The notes under the pieces were generated by a model. It saw nothing but the letters and a program-made list of their open reading frames with translations, was not told where the DNA came from and did no database searches. Shown here in pieces: positions 29,801 to 39,220 of a stretch of 64,000 nucleotides of DNA. This DNA is from Nitrospirota bacterium (lineage in GTDB: Bacteria > Nitrospirota > UBA9217). The translations under genes and the position numbers were made by a program. The DNA lies in the NCBI GenBank assembly GCA_035516155.1, contig DATJAP010000011.1, positions 38,288 through 102,287 of the forward strand. The letters are read 5' to 3'. Within the stretch, counting starts at the first letter, position 1. Every line of letters starts with the position of its first letter.

Positions 29801-31135
29801 AAAATTCTCCTTTCTTAAACACCGATTATACAGAGGGAAGTTGATTATGTCCAGGTTCATTATGCCGTAACGACATACCAACCACTATGAACAATCGTAA
29901 CAAAAGAAAGATAGTGCAAGCATCGTAAAGACCCCGCCGACAACTACCACGATTAAGCCGCCAGTTTTTCCCCGACCGAACTCTCTTCGGTCAACTTGAG
30001 CTATGTCGGAAAATGCGGCGCTTTCTTTTTAAATGATGATCCATGGATCCGTGATTTCTTTCACTTCGGAATCCAGTACTTTGTTATCTTTCATGACGAT
30101 AGGAATATTATCTCCATGTCGAGCGGTACCGGCAATCACTCCGGAATTAAGCGTCACCGTCGTAACGTCGTTCATCCGGGCGCAAGAGTAACACGCAAAG
30201 CCGGGATCAGAATAATTTGAATCGTTTAGTAGAATTAACCCATCTTGTTCCGCAAAACTTTTTGGTTCTTGCGAGACTTGCTCTACGGAGTTTATCTAAT
30301 GTAAATATTACTGAAGAAATACAGCCGACGTTAGCCATTATCTTTACGTATAATCTATGCCTTTTCCCACGCGTTATCAAGAATATATTTCGGATGGACT
30401 AAACGTCACTAGTAAATCTATTAAACTGCAGCTCTTATCCTGATTCTATGGTTAACGATATCACAGTGGTGTTGCGGCAGATCGATGGCAACCGATGCCC
30501 GTTCTTGTGATCAAGGTATGAACTGTGTCCATAAATCGGATGACAAAGGGCCAATGATCTTTGGGCCCGGCTCTAAGTAGGGATACTTTGACGAGGGAAT
30601 ATCCTTGATTGAGAGAAAGATCTAAAATTGCGACGAATGAGGAACCCTTTACTCTAATTGTTGTTGACGGCGCTTTTATCCGTAGCCAGAGAGCTGATTA
30701 CATCAGCTTTGAAAACAATACCGTCTATATAATAATAAGAAAACGGTGTCGGACTTCACTGTTCGCCATGAAACCATTCACTGGAGTGCCAATGTGGGAA
30801 ATGAGGCTCACGGATCCGAATTATTTATCGCCTGAGCTTCTTACTGAATCATCCCTTCCTCAGGTGTTGCCGGAATATCTTTTATCGTGTAGAAATCGGA
30901 CGTGTAAATGGGTGGATAATGCAGAGGGAAGGGGAAGCCATCGGCTTTGCAGATACAGCGATTCGCCATGCAATATTGAGAGTCTTGGACAGGCGGCACA
31001 GCAAATCACGTGCTCGTGAAATTGAAAAACAGGATAGAGATTGCCATGAAGAGGTAAAATGAAATAGTCAGGAAGAGCTCAAGGCAAGCTGTCTGACTTT
31101 AAGAATCCCGGTGAAATCCGCGAGCAACCTTTTCC

Positions 31136-31342
31136 TTAACAGGCGCCGGGGGAAATCAAGAATTCGCTTTCCAGTCCGAGCCAAGAAACGTTCCATGCCA
31201 AGGCGCGTGGCCAGAAACCCGTCCGCTGTCGTCGAGAAAGGGGGCAGACACCCAAGTCCCGTATCTTCATCCTTCGCTGATGCCGAATGCATTTTGTATA
31301 TTCCCAGCAGTTTGTTCTGTTCATTCCTCTATTTGTCTTCAT
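31136..31342 (-). CDS. Small Cys/Trp-motif ORF resembling the first half of 'two-CW domain' proteins; possibly degenerate
   Basis: It contains NCWEYTKC-x9-LGVCP, which matches my recollection of the first CW motif and spacing of two-CW domain peptides. No second CW motif is found in frame. It lies 56 bp downstream of the histidine kinase on the same strand. Confidence 0.3.
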   Translation of the reverse strand: MKTNRGMNRTNCWEYTKCIRHQRRMKIRDLGVCPLSRRQRTGFWPRALAWNVSWLGLESEFLISPGAC

Positions 31343-31398
31343 TCTCGATGGTCACTCGCTGTCAAAGCCGACAACTATTCGCGATCAGAACATATCTG

Positions 31399-32256
31399 TC
31401 ATCTGCTCTTTATCACCCGCCCGGGAGACCGCTTCATAGTTGTCAGCGGGAGTGTGATCTCGACGATTGTTCCTTCTCCAGTCCTGCTGGACGCAGTGAT
31501 GTTGCCGCCCAGCGCGTTGACCAGATTTTTGACAATCCGGAGGCCCAGGCCGGGAGTATCTTGTTCCTGCACTTCAGAATCGTGCGTGTGATCGGAGACG
31601 TCGAATAGTTCCTTGACCTGTTCCTGAGTCATTCCTCTGCCGTTGTCCGCGACGGTCATCCGGAGGAGGTCGTCTTCCTTGCAGAGAATTATGGCCACGC
31701 GGCCCCGGTCGGTGAATTTAACCGCATTGCTCATAAGCTCTGTCATAATCCGGCTTATCATGGCGGGGTCGGATTCAATGACAAGTGGAGTTGCGGCGGA
31801 GACGTCCATAATGGTTAACGGTTTGTTGCCGGCCAGTCTACGCCCCGTCTGTGAAACTTCATCCAGAAGCGTTACGATGTCGAATTGTTCATATGCTGGT
31901 TCGGGAGGCTCCATCTCGATCCTCGCAAGATCAACGATATTGGAAATGACCGCGGAAAGGTTTGTGGCATCTCCTATGAGAAGCGAAAGCCTTTCCTGAA
32001 CGCTTTTGAGCTCTCCTTTCTGGTATGCCACTCGTACGAGCTCTGCCATGCCGAGAAGTTCGTAGAGCGCAGAGCCTGCGTCGCGTGTCGCCCGTGAGAC
32101 CTCGGGCGAGTGTGCACGAAGGTGGCCCGCGTTACCCCTGTGGCCGGGAGCACAAGATGCGTTTTGCGTCGGAGAGTGCAAAGCTTCGAGGACCGCCGGC
32201 ATGCATTGCAAAACGGTTTTTCTAGAGTAAGTTGAGGGACTCTGTGTCGGCTTCAT
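31399..32256 (-). CDS. Soluble histidine kinase (DHp + HATPase_c) without an obvious sensor domain
   Basis: The ATG at 32256 has an AAAGGAGAAACC RBS. N box is ELMSNAVKFT, G1 is DNGRGM, G2 is GLGLRIVKNL. The DHp region LYELLGMAELV is recognisable but the canonical SHExRTP H-box is not. The nearest His is in RAHSPEV. Confidence 0.8.
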   Translation of the reverse strand: MKPTQSPSTYSRKTVLQCMPAVLEALHSPTQNASCAPGHRGNAGHLRAHSPEVSRATRDAGSALYELLGMAELVRVAYQKGELKSVQERLSLLIGDATNLSAVISNIVDLARIEMEPPEPAYEQFDIVTLLDEVSQTGRRLAGNKPLTIMDVSAATPLVIESDPAMISRIMTELMSNAVKFTDRGRVAIILCKEDDLLRMTVADNGRGMTQEQVKELFDVSDHTHDSEVQEQDTPGLGLRIVKNLVNALGGNITASSRTGEGTIVEITLPLTTMKRSPGRVIKSR

Positions 32257-32288
32257 GGTTTCTCCTTTATGGCGATTAGTGCCGGAAG

Positions 32289-33422
32289 TCAATCAGCATT
32301 GCTTTCGCCGGGGAAATATCCGCTACCTCTCATGGTTAAAGTATCATTGTCAGGACTAAACCTTTCCATTTTCATCATCTGTTCAGCAGTTGTCCGTCGG
32401 TTAAGCACAAGCAACAGTATTGAGGCGAGGAATAGCAAAAAGTAAAATGTAAGAAAGCGCCAGCCGGCGGTCACGATTACGATAGCATCTGCCGGCAATA
32501 AAGAACGATAGGTAAGGTAGAAGATGGCCTCGGCGCCGCCCGTCCCTCCGGGTGAAGGAATGAATGCCACGAGTGCAAAGACAACAACCTGAAGTGCCAT
32601 GAACAGCAGCGGTTGGGACGGAATGCCGAGGCCCATCAGCAGCAAAGAGATAATTGAGTACCTGCATAACCACTGAACAGTCGTTAACGTCATGGTCAGT
32701 GCAAAAAATTTTTTTCCGGTACGGATGATGGCGTGGTAGGTACCGATAAAATTGCGATACGAGGAAATGAGCCGAACTGTTATGCTCCGCACGGCGGGAA
32801 ACAGCCTGTTTATCCCTTCCGATTGAAACAGGAGCAGGAAAAAGGCTGACAGGACGGCGACCGCTATTCCCGCCGCGGGCAGCCAGAAATGAGCGTGCCT
32901 CAGTGCGCTCAATCCGTTTTTCACGACCGGAAGGTTCCATGCTGACGAAAGAGTGAGCGTGACCGGCACCATGACGAGAAAAAAAAGGGCGTCCTCAAAA
33001 TTTTCCAGTAGTGTAAGCGAAAAGGCGGTGCCGGCGGAAAATTCCCGCTTCATCAGCAGTCCGATTTTTACCGGGCATCCGCCGATGAACGGCGGAGAGA
33101 CCGCCGCTCCGAGTTCGGCGCCGAGCACTATTTTGAATATGTCGCGATAGCGTATTTTCCCACCGAGAAATTTACCCCAGAGGAACAGTCGGAGCGAACC
33201 GGTGAACCAGGGCACGATGCTCAGGAGCAGGGCGACGGCCAGATATCCTGGCTTAACGCGTAAGGCAGCATGGAACGTCTCCCGGTCGACGGCCATAAGA
33301 CAAAATAAGACGTTCCCAATGACCCCGAGTGGTATGAGAAAGAACAGTTTGCCGAACAACCTTTCTGCCCCTGTTGTCGGGCGGGGGTGTTTTTCGCTTG
33401 TGAGGTTAGGCGCAGGTCGCAT
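32289..33422 (-). CDS. UPF0104 / lysyl-phosphatidylglycerol-synthase TM-region (MprF flippase-like) membrane protein
   Basis: About 8 TM helices. Family-typical start: LFGKLFFLIPLGVIGNVLFCLMAVDRETF...LLLSIVPWFTGSLRLFLW. It overlaps the upstream acyltransferase stop by 17 nt. Confidence 0.7.
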   Translation of the reverse strand: MRPAPNLTSEKHPRPTTGAERLFGKLFFLIPLGVIGNVLFCLMAVDRETFHAALRVKPGYLAVALLLSIVPWFTGSLRLFLWGKFLGGKIRYRDIFKIVLGAELGAAVSPPFIGGCPVKIGLLMKREFSAGTAFSLTLLENFEDALFFLVMVPVTLTLSSAWNLPVVKNGLSALRHAHFWLPAAGIAVAVLSAFFLLLFQSEGINRLFPAVRSITVRLISSYRNFIGTYHAIIRTGKKFFALTMTLTTVQWLCRYSIISLLLMGLGIPSQPLLFMALQVVVFALVAFIPSPGGTGGAEAIFYLTYRSLLPADAIVIVTAGWRFLTFYFLLFLASILLLVLNRRTTAEQMMKMERFSPDNDTLTMRGSGYFPGESNAD

Positions 33423-35247
33423 AGCGGTCGCGCTTTAACGCTTCATGATACGTCAGGAAGAGTTCGGCGCCTTCCTTGCCCATATACCGGTCCAGCATCC
33501 TGTGCTCCGTCTTGGTGAGGTCGACTATGATCAGACCATCGAGCACGTTTCCGAAAGCCGGATCAACATTGAACCCGGCGATCCTGCCGCCGAGCTTGAG
33601 GTATTGTTTCAGGAGTATCGGGATTCCCTTATTGTCCGATTCGATGGAGGATATCAATTCCGATATGTCCTCGATGTCGTCTTTGATGATCCTGACAGCG
33701 GCATCGACATCCCATCCTCTGAGCGATTTTGACTTAAGCGGCTTTCTGGCCTTTACCAATCCAGCCATATCATCCCGATACCGTGACATTTTTAAAAATT
33801 TGACGATCAGCTCTTTCGACAATGCCTGGTAGCCGTCGGTAATGCTGACAGGACCGAACAGTGTCTTGTAGTGGGGATTGTCTACAATGAACCGGCCAAT
33901 GCCTTTCCAGAGGAGCAGCAGCGGCGCATAGGACTTCTGGTATTCGAGACGGATGAAGGAGCGGCCCATTTCGAGTGAGGGACCGAGACGTTCGATAAAT
34001 TCAGGCTTATACCGGAAGAGGGTACTGGTGTAGAGACCCTTGAGACCGTATTTTTTAACGAGTTCGTCGGTTCTCCCGAGACGGTAGGCACCGACCACTT
34101 CCTGCTTCGCCCGGTTCCAGATGAACAGGTGGATATAGGTGCGGTCGAAGCGGTCAATATCCACCAGTTTCCCCGTCCCTTCGCCGACCGCGCGGAAGGT
34201 AATTTCGCGCAATCGTCCGATTTCCAGCACGATATTCGGGATCTGATCGGCCATGGCCTGTATTACGAACTGATCTCCGCTCTCAACCAGGGTTTGGCTC
34301 GGAGCAAGCCTGCGGAGTTCTTCGAGCATCATGTCAGGATTGCGGGGTGGCATAATGGCATTACCCGGGTCTTCTTTTTTTATCTGCAGGGAGGATGTAA
34401 AGCCACGGTATGCCTTACGGATTTGGCGAAGTTCCAGAAGATAGGTGCGTAACCTGAGATACTCCGACATGTCAGGGTCCTGCTCAAACGTCTTCAATCT
34501 ATCAAAGGGAATGAGGTCCCCGATGCGGAGCTGGATATTTTTGCGTCCTTTGTTGAGCAATTCGGCCGGCAGCATAGCCGTTCTGAGGAGAGGATGAACC
34601 ATTCCCGCCATGTGGAAGACCGCGCTGTTCGTGCCATGGAAAAATATGGGAAGCACTGGCGCCCCGGTTTTCCGGATGACCCCGGCAACAGTGGGGCTCC
34701 ACGTCGGGTCGGTTATTGTGCCTTTCTGGATATCGAAATGAGACACCGTGCCGGCGGGGAAGACAACGAGCATTCCGCCGTTCCTGACCCACTGGATGCT
34801 TTCCCGGAGCGGCTTGATATTTTCCTTCATCGCATGCTCCTGCTTGAAGGGATTCACCGGGATGAGCAGATCGCGCATTTCCGGAATTGCGGTAAGAAGG
34901 TGGTTTGCCATGAACTTTACATCGCAGCGAATCGATCGAAAGAGCGATGCTAAAATAATACCTTCAATGCCTCCGAAAGGGTGGTTTGCAACGACAATTA
35001 CGGGACCAGACGGTATCATAATTTTTGAAAGGTCCTTGTCGCTGAGATCATAGTTTACCTTCAGCTGTTCTAGGACCTTATCCGTGAATGGGCGGTTATC
35101 CGCCATCCGGGCGACGTCAGCGTATGCCTGGTTCAGCCGAGGAAAAGCGAGAACATGTTCAAGGGGACCCTTTACCATGGTGAAGAGCTTGTTCTGGAGA
35201 GGGTCGTTGAACTTAATGTCAAGGTTGAAAATACGGTCGTTGGTCAT
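33406..35247 (-). CDS. Bifunctional OlsF-like aminolipid synthase: N-terminal PlsC-type O-acyltransferase plus C-terminal OlsB/GNAT-type N-acyltransferase
   Basis: - N-terminal VIVVANHPFGGIEGIILASL and FPAGTVSH (lysophospholipid acyltransferase blocks).
- C-terminal FRAVGEGTGKLVDIDRFDRTYIHLFIWNRAKQEVVGAYRLGR...GLYTSTLF, typical of OlsB/hemolysin-like GNAT N-acyl amino acid synthases.
- The domain order is the same as described for OlsF. Confidence 0.75.
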   Translation of the reverse strand: MTNDRIFNLDIKFNDPLQNKLFTMVKGPLEHVLAFPRLNQAYADVARMADNRPFTDKVLEQLKVNYDLSDKDLSKIMIPSGPVIVVANHPFGGIEGIILASLFRSIRCDVKFMANHLLTAIPEMRDLLIPVNPFKQEHAMKENIKPLRESIQWVRNGGMLVVFPAGTVSHFDIQKGTITDPTWSPTVAGVIRKTGAPVLPIFFHGTNSAVFHMAGMVHPLLRTAMLPAELLNKGRKNIQLRIGDLIPFDRLKTFEQDPDMSEYLRLRTYLLELRQIRKAYRGFTSSLQIKKEDPGNAIMPPRNPDMMLEELRRLAPSQTLVESGDQFVIQAMADQIPNIVLEIGRLREITFRAVGEGTGKLVDIDRFDRTYIHLFIWNRAKQEVVGAYRLGRTDELVKKYGLKGLYTSTLFRYKPEFIERLGPSLEMGRSFIRLEYQKSYAPLLLLWKGIGRFIVDNPHYKTLFGPVSITDGYQALSKELIVKFLKMSRYRDDMAGLVKARKPLKSKSLRGWDVDAAVRIIKDDIEDISELISSIESDNKGIPILLKQYLKLGGRIAGFNVDPAFGNVLDGLIIVDLTKTEHRMLDRYMGKEGAELFLTYHEALKRDRYATCA

Positions 35248-35366
35248 GAGATCTCCTTACTTATTATGAATAGAGTCCAAAGTTCGGCGCTAAAGTTCAG
35301 AGTAAAATCAGGGGCAGGGGTTCACTCTCAAAACTTTGAACGCTGAACTCTGCACTTTTTTGCGAT

Positions 35367-36605
35367 CTACGCTACCTTTTCCCGTATTCTGTCCGTGATG
35401 CGGTAACCCCATGACCAGAATCCGGTCTCGGGGCAGGGCAACAAACAGGAGTCTTTCCCGATACGGTACCGGTTTCCGCGCCAAATCACGGTTGAACTTA
35501 TGAAGGGTACGAACCAAATTACGCCGATGATGAGGTCCTTGATCGGCGCTAGGAAATAGACGAACGGGGATTGTTTCTCTAACGTACTGTTACCCTCCCG
35601 CGACTCTAGGGTCCTGCCGATTATCGAATCACCGAGGATTTTGATAAGTCCTACAAGGGCTGTGAACGATAATGTGGTCCGTGAAAAACCTGACGCCAGG
35701 TTCGGGATCGCAGAGATAAAAACAGGGTTTGCAAGGAGCTCCGAGAAGTACTTATATCCGCCAATTTTCCATCTGAGTTTGCCCCATCGCGTGTGACGGT
35801 TCAGAAACCGCTTGATGCTCCAGAACTCATTAACATTGCTGACCAGGTGGTGGGAGAGGACCACTTTTTTCCCCGCCCGGGACATTTCCCTTCCGATTAT
35901 AAAATCCTCAGCCAAAATATCCTTGAAATTTTCGAGCCCGCCCAGCATGTTCAAGTCGTCCTTTTTCATGAGCATGGATTTACCGATGACGCAGGGCATA
36001 TTGAGGAAACGGTCGAGAAAACTGACGCTGCCGATAATAAAAGAGTTCAGATGAAGATTTTCAAACCGGGCGCCAATAGTGCGGCCGCCGATGCCTTTGA
36101 TCAGGTTGCTCACCAGCCCGACAGCCGGGTCCTCTGTATGACGCATGATTTCACGCAGATAGTTTTTTTCAACCATCACATTGCTGTCACTGATCAGGAT
36201 GTAAGGATGACGGGACCTCCGGTATGCAGGAACGAGATTGTTGATCTTGGGATTGAGCCCTGTTGCGCACCGCTCCACGATGATCGTGATATTTCTTTCC
36301 GGGTGTTTTTCCTGAATCTTTTTCGCTATTTTGTATGCGGGATCATTGTGGTCCTGGAGGGACAGCAGCAGCTCGTATTCGGGATAGTCCTGGGTGCAAA
36401 AGCTGGAAAGATTGTCGAAGAGATTATCGTCGAGCCCACGCAGGGGTTTGAGGATTGAGACGGGAGCTAATGCGTCGCTCGCGCAGTCCGATGCGATGGC
36501 AGCCCGGCCGTTCTTCCTGATGAGGTAACAGGCCGCTCCCGTCTGGAGTAGGTAAAGAACGATGCCTACGGCACAGATCGTTGCACAGAGGATAAAGGTA
36601 ATCAT
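35367..36605 (-). CDS. Membrane GT2/GT21-like glycosyltransferase (ceramide-glucosyltransferase-like)
   Basis: VSILKPLRGLDDNLFDNLSSFCTQDYPEYELLLSL, ISDSNV (DxD-like) and NRHTRWGKLRW ((Q/R)xxRW). N- and C-terminal TM helices. Confidence 0.75.
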   Translation of the reverse strand: MITFILCATICAVGIVLYLLQTGAACYLIRKNGRAAIASDCASDALAPVSILKPLRGLDDNLFDNLSSFCTQDYPEYELLLSLQDHNDPAYKIAKKIQEKHPERNITIIVERCATGLNPKINNLVPAYRRSRHPYILISDSNVMVEKNYLREIMRHTEDPAVGLVSNLIKGIGGRTIGARFENLHLNSFIIGSVSFLDRFLNMPCVIGKSMLMKKDDLNMLGGLENFKDILAEDFIIGREMSRAGKKVVLSHHLVSNVNEFWSIKRFLNRHTRWGKLRWKIGGYKYFSELLANPVFISAIPNLASGFSRTTLSFTALVGLIKILGDSIIGRTLESREGNSTLEKQSPFVYFLAPIKDLIIGVIWFVPFISSTVIWRGNRYRIGKDSCLLPCPETGFWSWGYRITDRIREKVA

Positions 36606-36655
36606 AATCCGCCTCCCGAAAGGTGATACATATAAGGCTAATCAATCGTCATCAT

Positions 36656-37348
36656 TCAGTTCCTGAATAGCGTGATTGCCACTCCTTTGTTGTGTCGGAT
36701 ACAGTTTTTCACCGCATCGACGTTTTTATCGCAGTTCAGCAACGTTTTCCAGGAGTAGAGGTGCCGTGCCTTGTGAAAGTCACTGTTCGCGATGTAGGGG
36801 TATTTTTTCAGGCTGATCACATTGAACACATCGTCCCGGTTGGCAATCTCCCAAGCATCGATGTATTTCGAGTATTTATCTCGGTTGTTCCACAAAAAGA
36901 GCGTGTCGGGGTTTAAGATGTCTGGAGTATGGTGGGGATGACAGGCGATAGTCAGTGCATCCTGGCGCTTTGCGTCAAGAAAAATCTCTTCATAATCCAT
37001 ACACGCGGGGACGAATTCCTTGATGTCGAGAAGCAGGAAATGAGCGGATTCATCCTTGGAGAGGTGGTTCTTGGTGATTTCAACTCCGGGAATCACGAGC
37101 ATTTCATATTTGTCCCACGCCCGTTTCGCTTCGGTCCGTATGGTGGAAAGGTACTCGTCAAAATTGTCTCCCCGGACCGACAAGTTGAAGTGTCGCGCGA
37201 ATTTCCCCAATGTGTTGTCACCATTTACCACATGGTCCGTGATGGCAATTACGTCGAATCCCGCCTGGCCGAAAAGATCTATGGTCTTGCTCATCTCCAC
37301 TGAGCCGTCCGAAAAGGTCGTGTGAATATGAAAGTCACACAGCATCAT
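36656..37348 (-). CDS. PHP-domain metal-dependent phosphoesterase
   Basis: CDFHIHTTFSDGS, IAITDHV, ACHPHH and NSDFH match the PHP histidine/aspartate motifs. Confidence 0.8.
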   Translation of the reverse strand: MMLCDFHIHTTFSDGSVEMSKTIDLFGQAGFDVIAITDHVVNGDNTLGKFARHFNLSVRGDNFDEYLSTIRTEAKRAWDKYEMLVIPGVEITKNHLSKDESAHFLLLDIKEFVPACMDYEEIFLDAKRQDALTIACHPHHTPDILNPDTLFLWNNRDKYSKYIDAWEIANRDDVFNVISLKKYPYIANSDFHKARHLYSWKTLLNCDKNVDAVKNCIRHNKGVAITLFRN

Positions 37349-37381
37349 TGTCGAAATTATATGGGACGTCTATTACGGAGG

Positions 37382-37410
37382 TATTACGAAAATATTAAGT
37401 TCTTGTTACA
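37382..37410 (+). promoter_or_regulatory. 11-bp-phased direct repeats TATTACG / TATTAAG / TGTTACA upstream of the PHP gene
   Basis: The heptamers start at 37382, 37393 and 37404. They lie 34-66 bp upstream of the PHP start codon (37348, minus strand). Confidence 0.4.
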
Positions 37411-37454
37411 GAAAGAAATATTCTGAGGAGTGGGGTAATTCAATGCCGGTCATT

Positions 37455-37730
37455 TCATGGTAAGTGTTTTTCTTTTTTGATCGGCATCATCGTGACGAGG
37501 TCGGCCGGCCGCCGGCATTCGAGCACGAGCGACTTGACGAGTTCCTCGATATGCTCTTGGCTGACGAATTGATCGGGGACCATGGAAAGGACAGCTTTTT
37601 TTTCACAGTGCTCATACGTTTCCCCGCCTTCGATCATGTCATAATCGACAACGGTCACCTGAACAGGTGATGTTGAAAATATTTCGGCCACAACACCGCT
37701 TTCAATTCTGATAATAATGGAATTATTCAT
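37455..37730 (-). CDS. Hypothetical small acidic protein
   Basis: The ATG at 37730 is preceded by AAGGGAGA. 91 aa with no recognised domain. It sits between the GH1 and PHP genes on the same strand. Confidence 0.35.
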   Translation of the reverse strand: MNNSIIIRIESGVVAEIFSTSPVQVTVVDYDMIEGGETYEHCEKKAVLSMVPDQFVSQEHIEELVKSLVLECRRPADLVTMMPIKKEKHLP

Positions 37731-37838
37731 ACATCTCCCTTTTTTCATAGTTGATCGGTTCGAAGAACTGGAAATCTCGATGCCGATGAGGGTAGCAAAG
37801 CATTGTTAATGTGCGATTACGTTCAGGTGAAGCTTTTC

Positions 37839-39101
37839 TTACATATGAGACCGGCTTTGGATAAGGTAGGAGTAGTAGGAGGCCGCGCTGGTCGGCGTAC
37901 GCTTGAGCGTCTTGAAGTCAACCCGGTACAGCCCGAACCGCGCATCGAGACCCTGAAGCCACTCGTAGTTGTCGATGAGGGTCCAGTAGTAATATCCCCG
38001 GATGTCGAGACCCTCCTTGAGACACCGTTCGATCACGTCAATGTGCCGCTTCATGTATTTCACTTTTTCCTCTGTATCATGCGTTGCGATGCCGTTCTCG
38101 GTGATTACGATCGGCAGGTTGAGCCGCGACGCGTATCGAAGGACCTTGGCGAGGCCGCGGGGGTGGATTTCCCATCCGAGATTCGTGAGCCCGTGTCCGT
38201 CGATGTCGAGGTGCCGGAGCTCGACTCCCATTTTTTTGAAGGGATTGAAGCGGAGGTGGATTCGGGTATAGTAATTCACGCCGAAAAAATCGAGCTTGTC
38301 CTTAATCGGAACCTCAATCTCCACCTGGCGAGAAAAAGGGAATTTGATGATGAAGATTCCTGTACGGAACGCGTTGATGATAGAGTGATTGTAAAAGTAG
38401 TTTGCCGTCTTCTTCAGAAGCCGGTCAAGAGGGTTCCATGTTTTCCAGGGAGCAAAAACAGACATGTTGTGCGCAACGCTCACTCGGGCATCAGGAATGT
38501 ATCGGTGAATGATGTCATAGGCCTTGCCGTGGGACGCAAAGATGTTTTTCAATGCAACGAGGGCGCGGGGCACATCCCGCAGTCCCGGAGGCATACATCC
38601 GTCCATATAACCGCCGATGATTATGACATAGGGTTCGTTGAATGTTATCCAGGTGCGCACATTCCTGAGAGTCGAAACCATCATTTCGGTGTACCGTAGA
38701 AATTTCTCAATGGATGCGGTCCGGTGCCAAGGTGTCCGCTCCAGAAACCAGCGCGGGTGAGTAAAGTGGTGGAGCGTAACCATCGGTTCGATGTGGTAGC
38801 TGTGAAGGATATCAATGATCTCCTGGTAGTGAGCGATCGCTTCCTCGTCCCATGTGTCGGGCCGGGGCTGAATCCTGCTCCACTCCAGGGAAAACCGGTA
38901 CGAGTTGACGCCAAGCTCCTTCAGCAGCTTGAGGTCCTCCCGGAACATGGCATAGTGGCTCGTGATCTGCGGCATGTCTCTGAGTACGGGATCCCAAACA
39001 GTCCAATCCGCATTCGGAGAACCTTCGAGTTGAAACGCCGAGGTTGCCACGCCCCACTGAAAATCCTTGGGAAAAACCTTTTCCTTCGAATGTTCCCTCA
39101 T
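37839..39101 (-). CDS. Glycoside hydrolase family 1 (beta-glucosidase-like)
   Basis: FQWGVATSAFQLEGS N-terminal signature. Acid/base ITFNEPYV. Nucleophile VITENGIA. Confidence 0.85.
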   Translation of the reverse strand: MREHSKEKVFPKDFQWGVATSAFQLEGSPNADWTVWDPVLRDMPQITSHYAMFREDLKLLKELGVNSYRFSLEWSRIQPRPDTWDEEAIAHYQEIIDILHSYHIEPMVTLHHFTHPRWFLERTPWHRTASIEKFLRYTEMMVSTLRNVRTWITFNEPYVIIIGGYMDGCMPPGLRDVPRALVALKNIFASHGKAYDIIHRYIPDARVSVAHNMSVFAPWKTWNPLDRLLKKTANYFYNHSIINAFRTGIFIIKFPFSRQVEIEVPIKDKLDFFGVNYYTRIHLRFNPFKKMGVELRHLDIDGHGLTNLGWEIHPRGLAKVLRYASRLNLPIVITENGIATHDTEEKVKYMKRHIDVIERCLKEGLDIRGYYYWTLIDNYEWLQGLDARFGLYRVDFKTLKRTPTSAASYYSYLIQSRSHM

Positions 39102-39220
39102 GTAAGCGCCGGTATCCTCCGCCTTAACGCCAATGAAGTATCATTAAAATAAGTCCCGCCATGGAGACCACGATAAGGACAGCATCCTCGATTTTTTTTA
39201 AACAAGCCTTGTTTAGACAG

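Noticed and set aside
30609-31019. 136-aa plus-strand ORF with a TTG start.
   Set aside because: It has no RBS, no motif and an odd Cys/Arg-rich composition, and it sits in a region of generally degraded coding signal. It cannot be supported as a gene.
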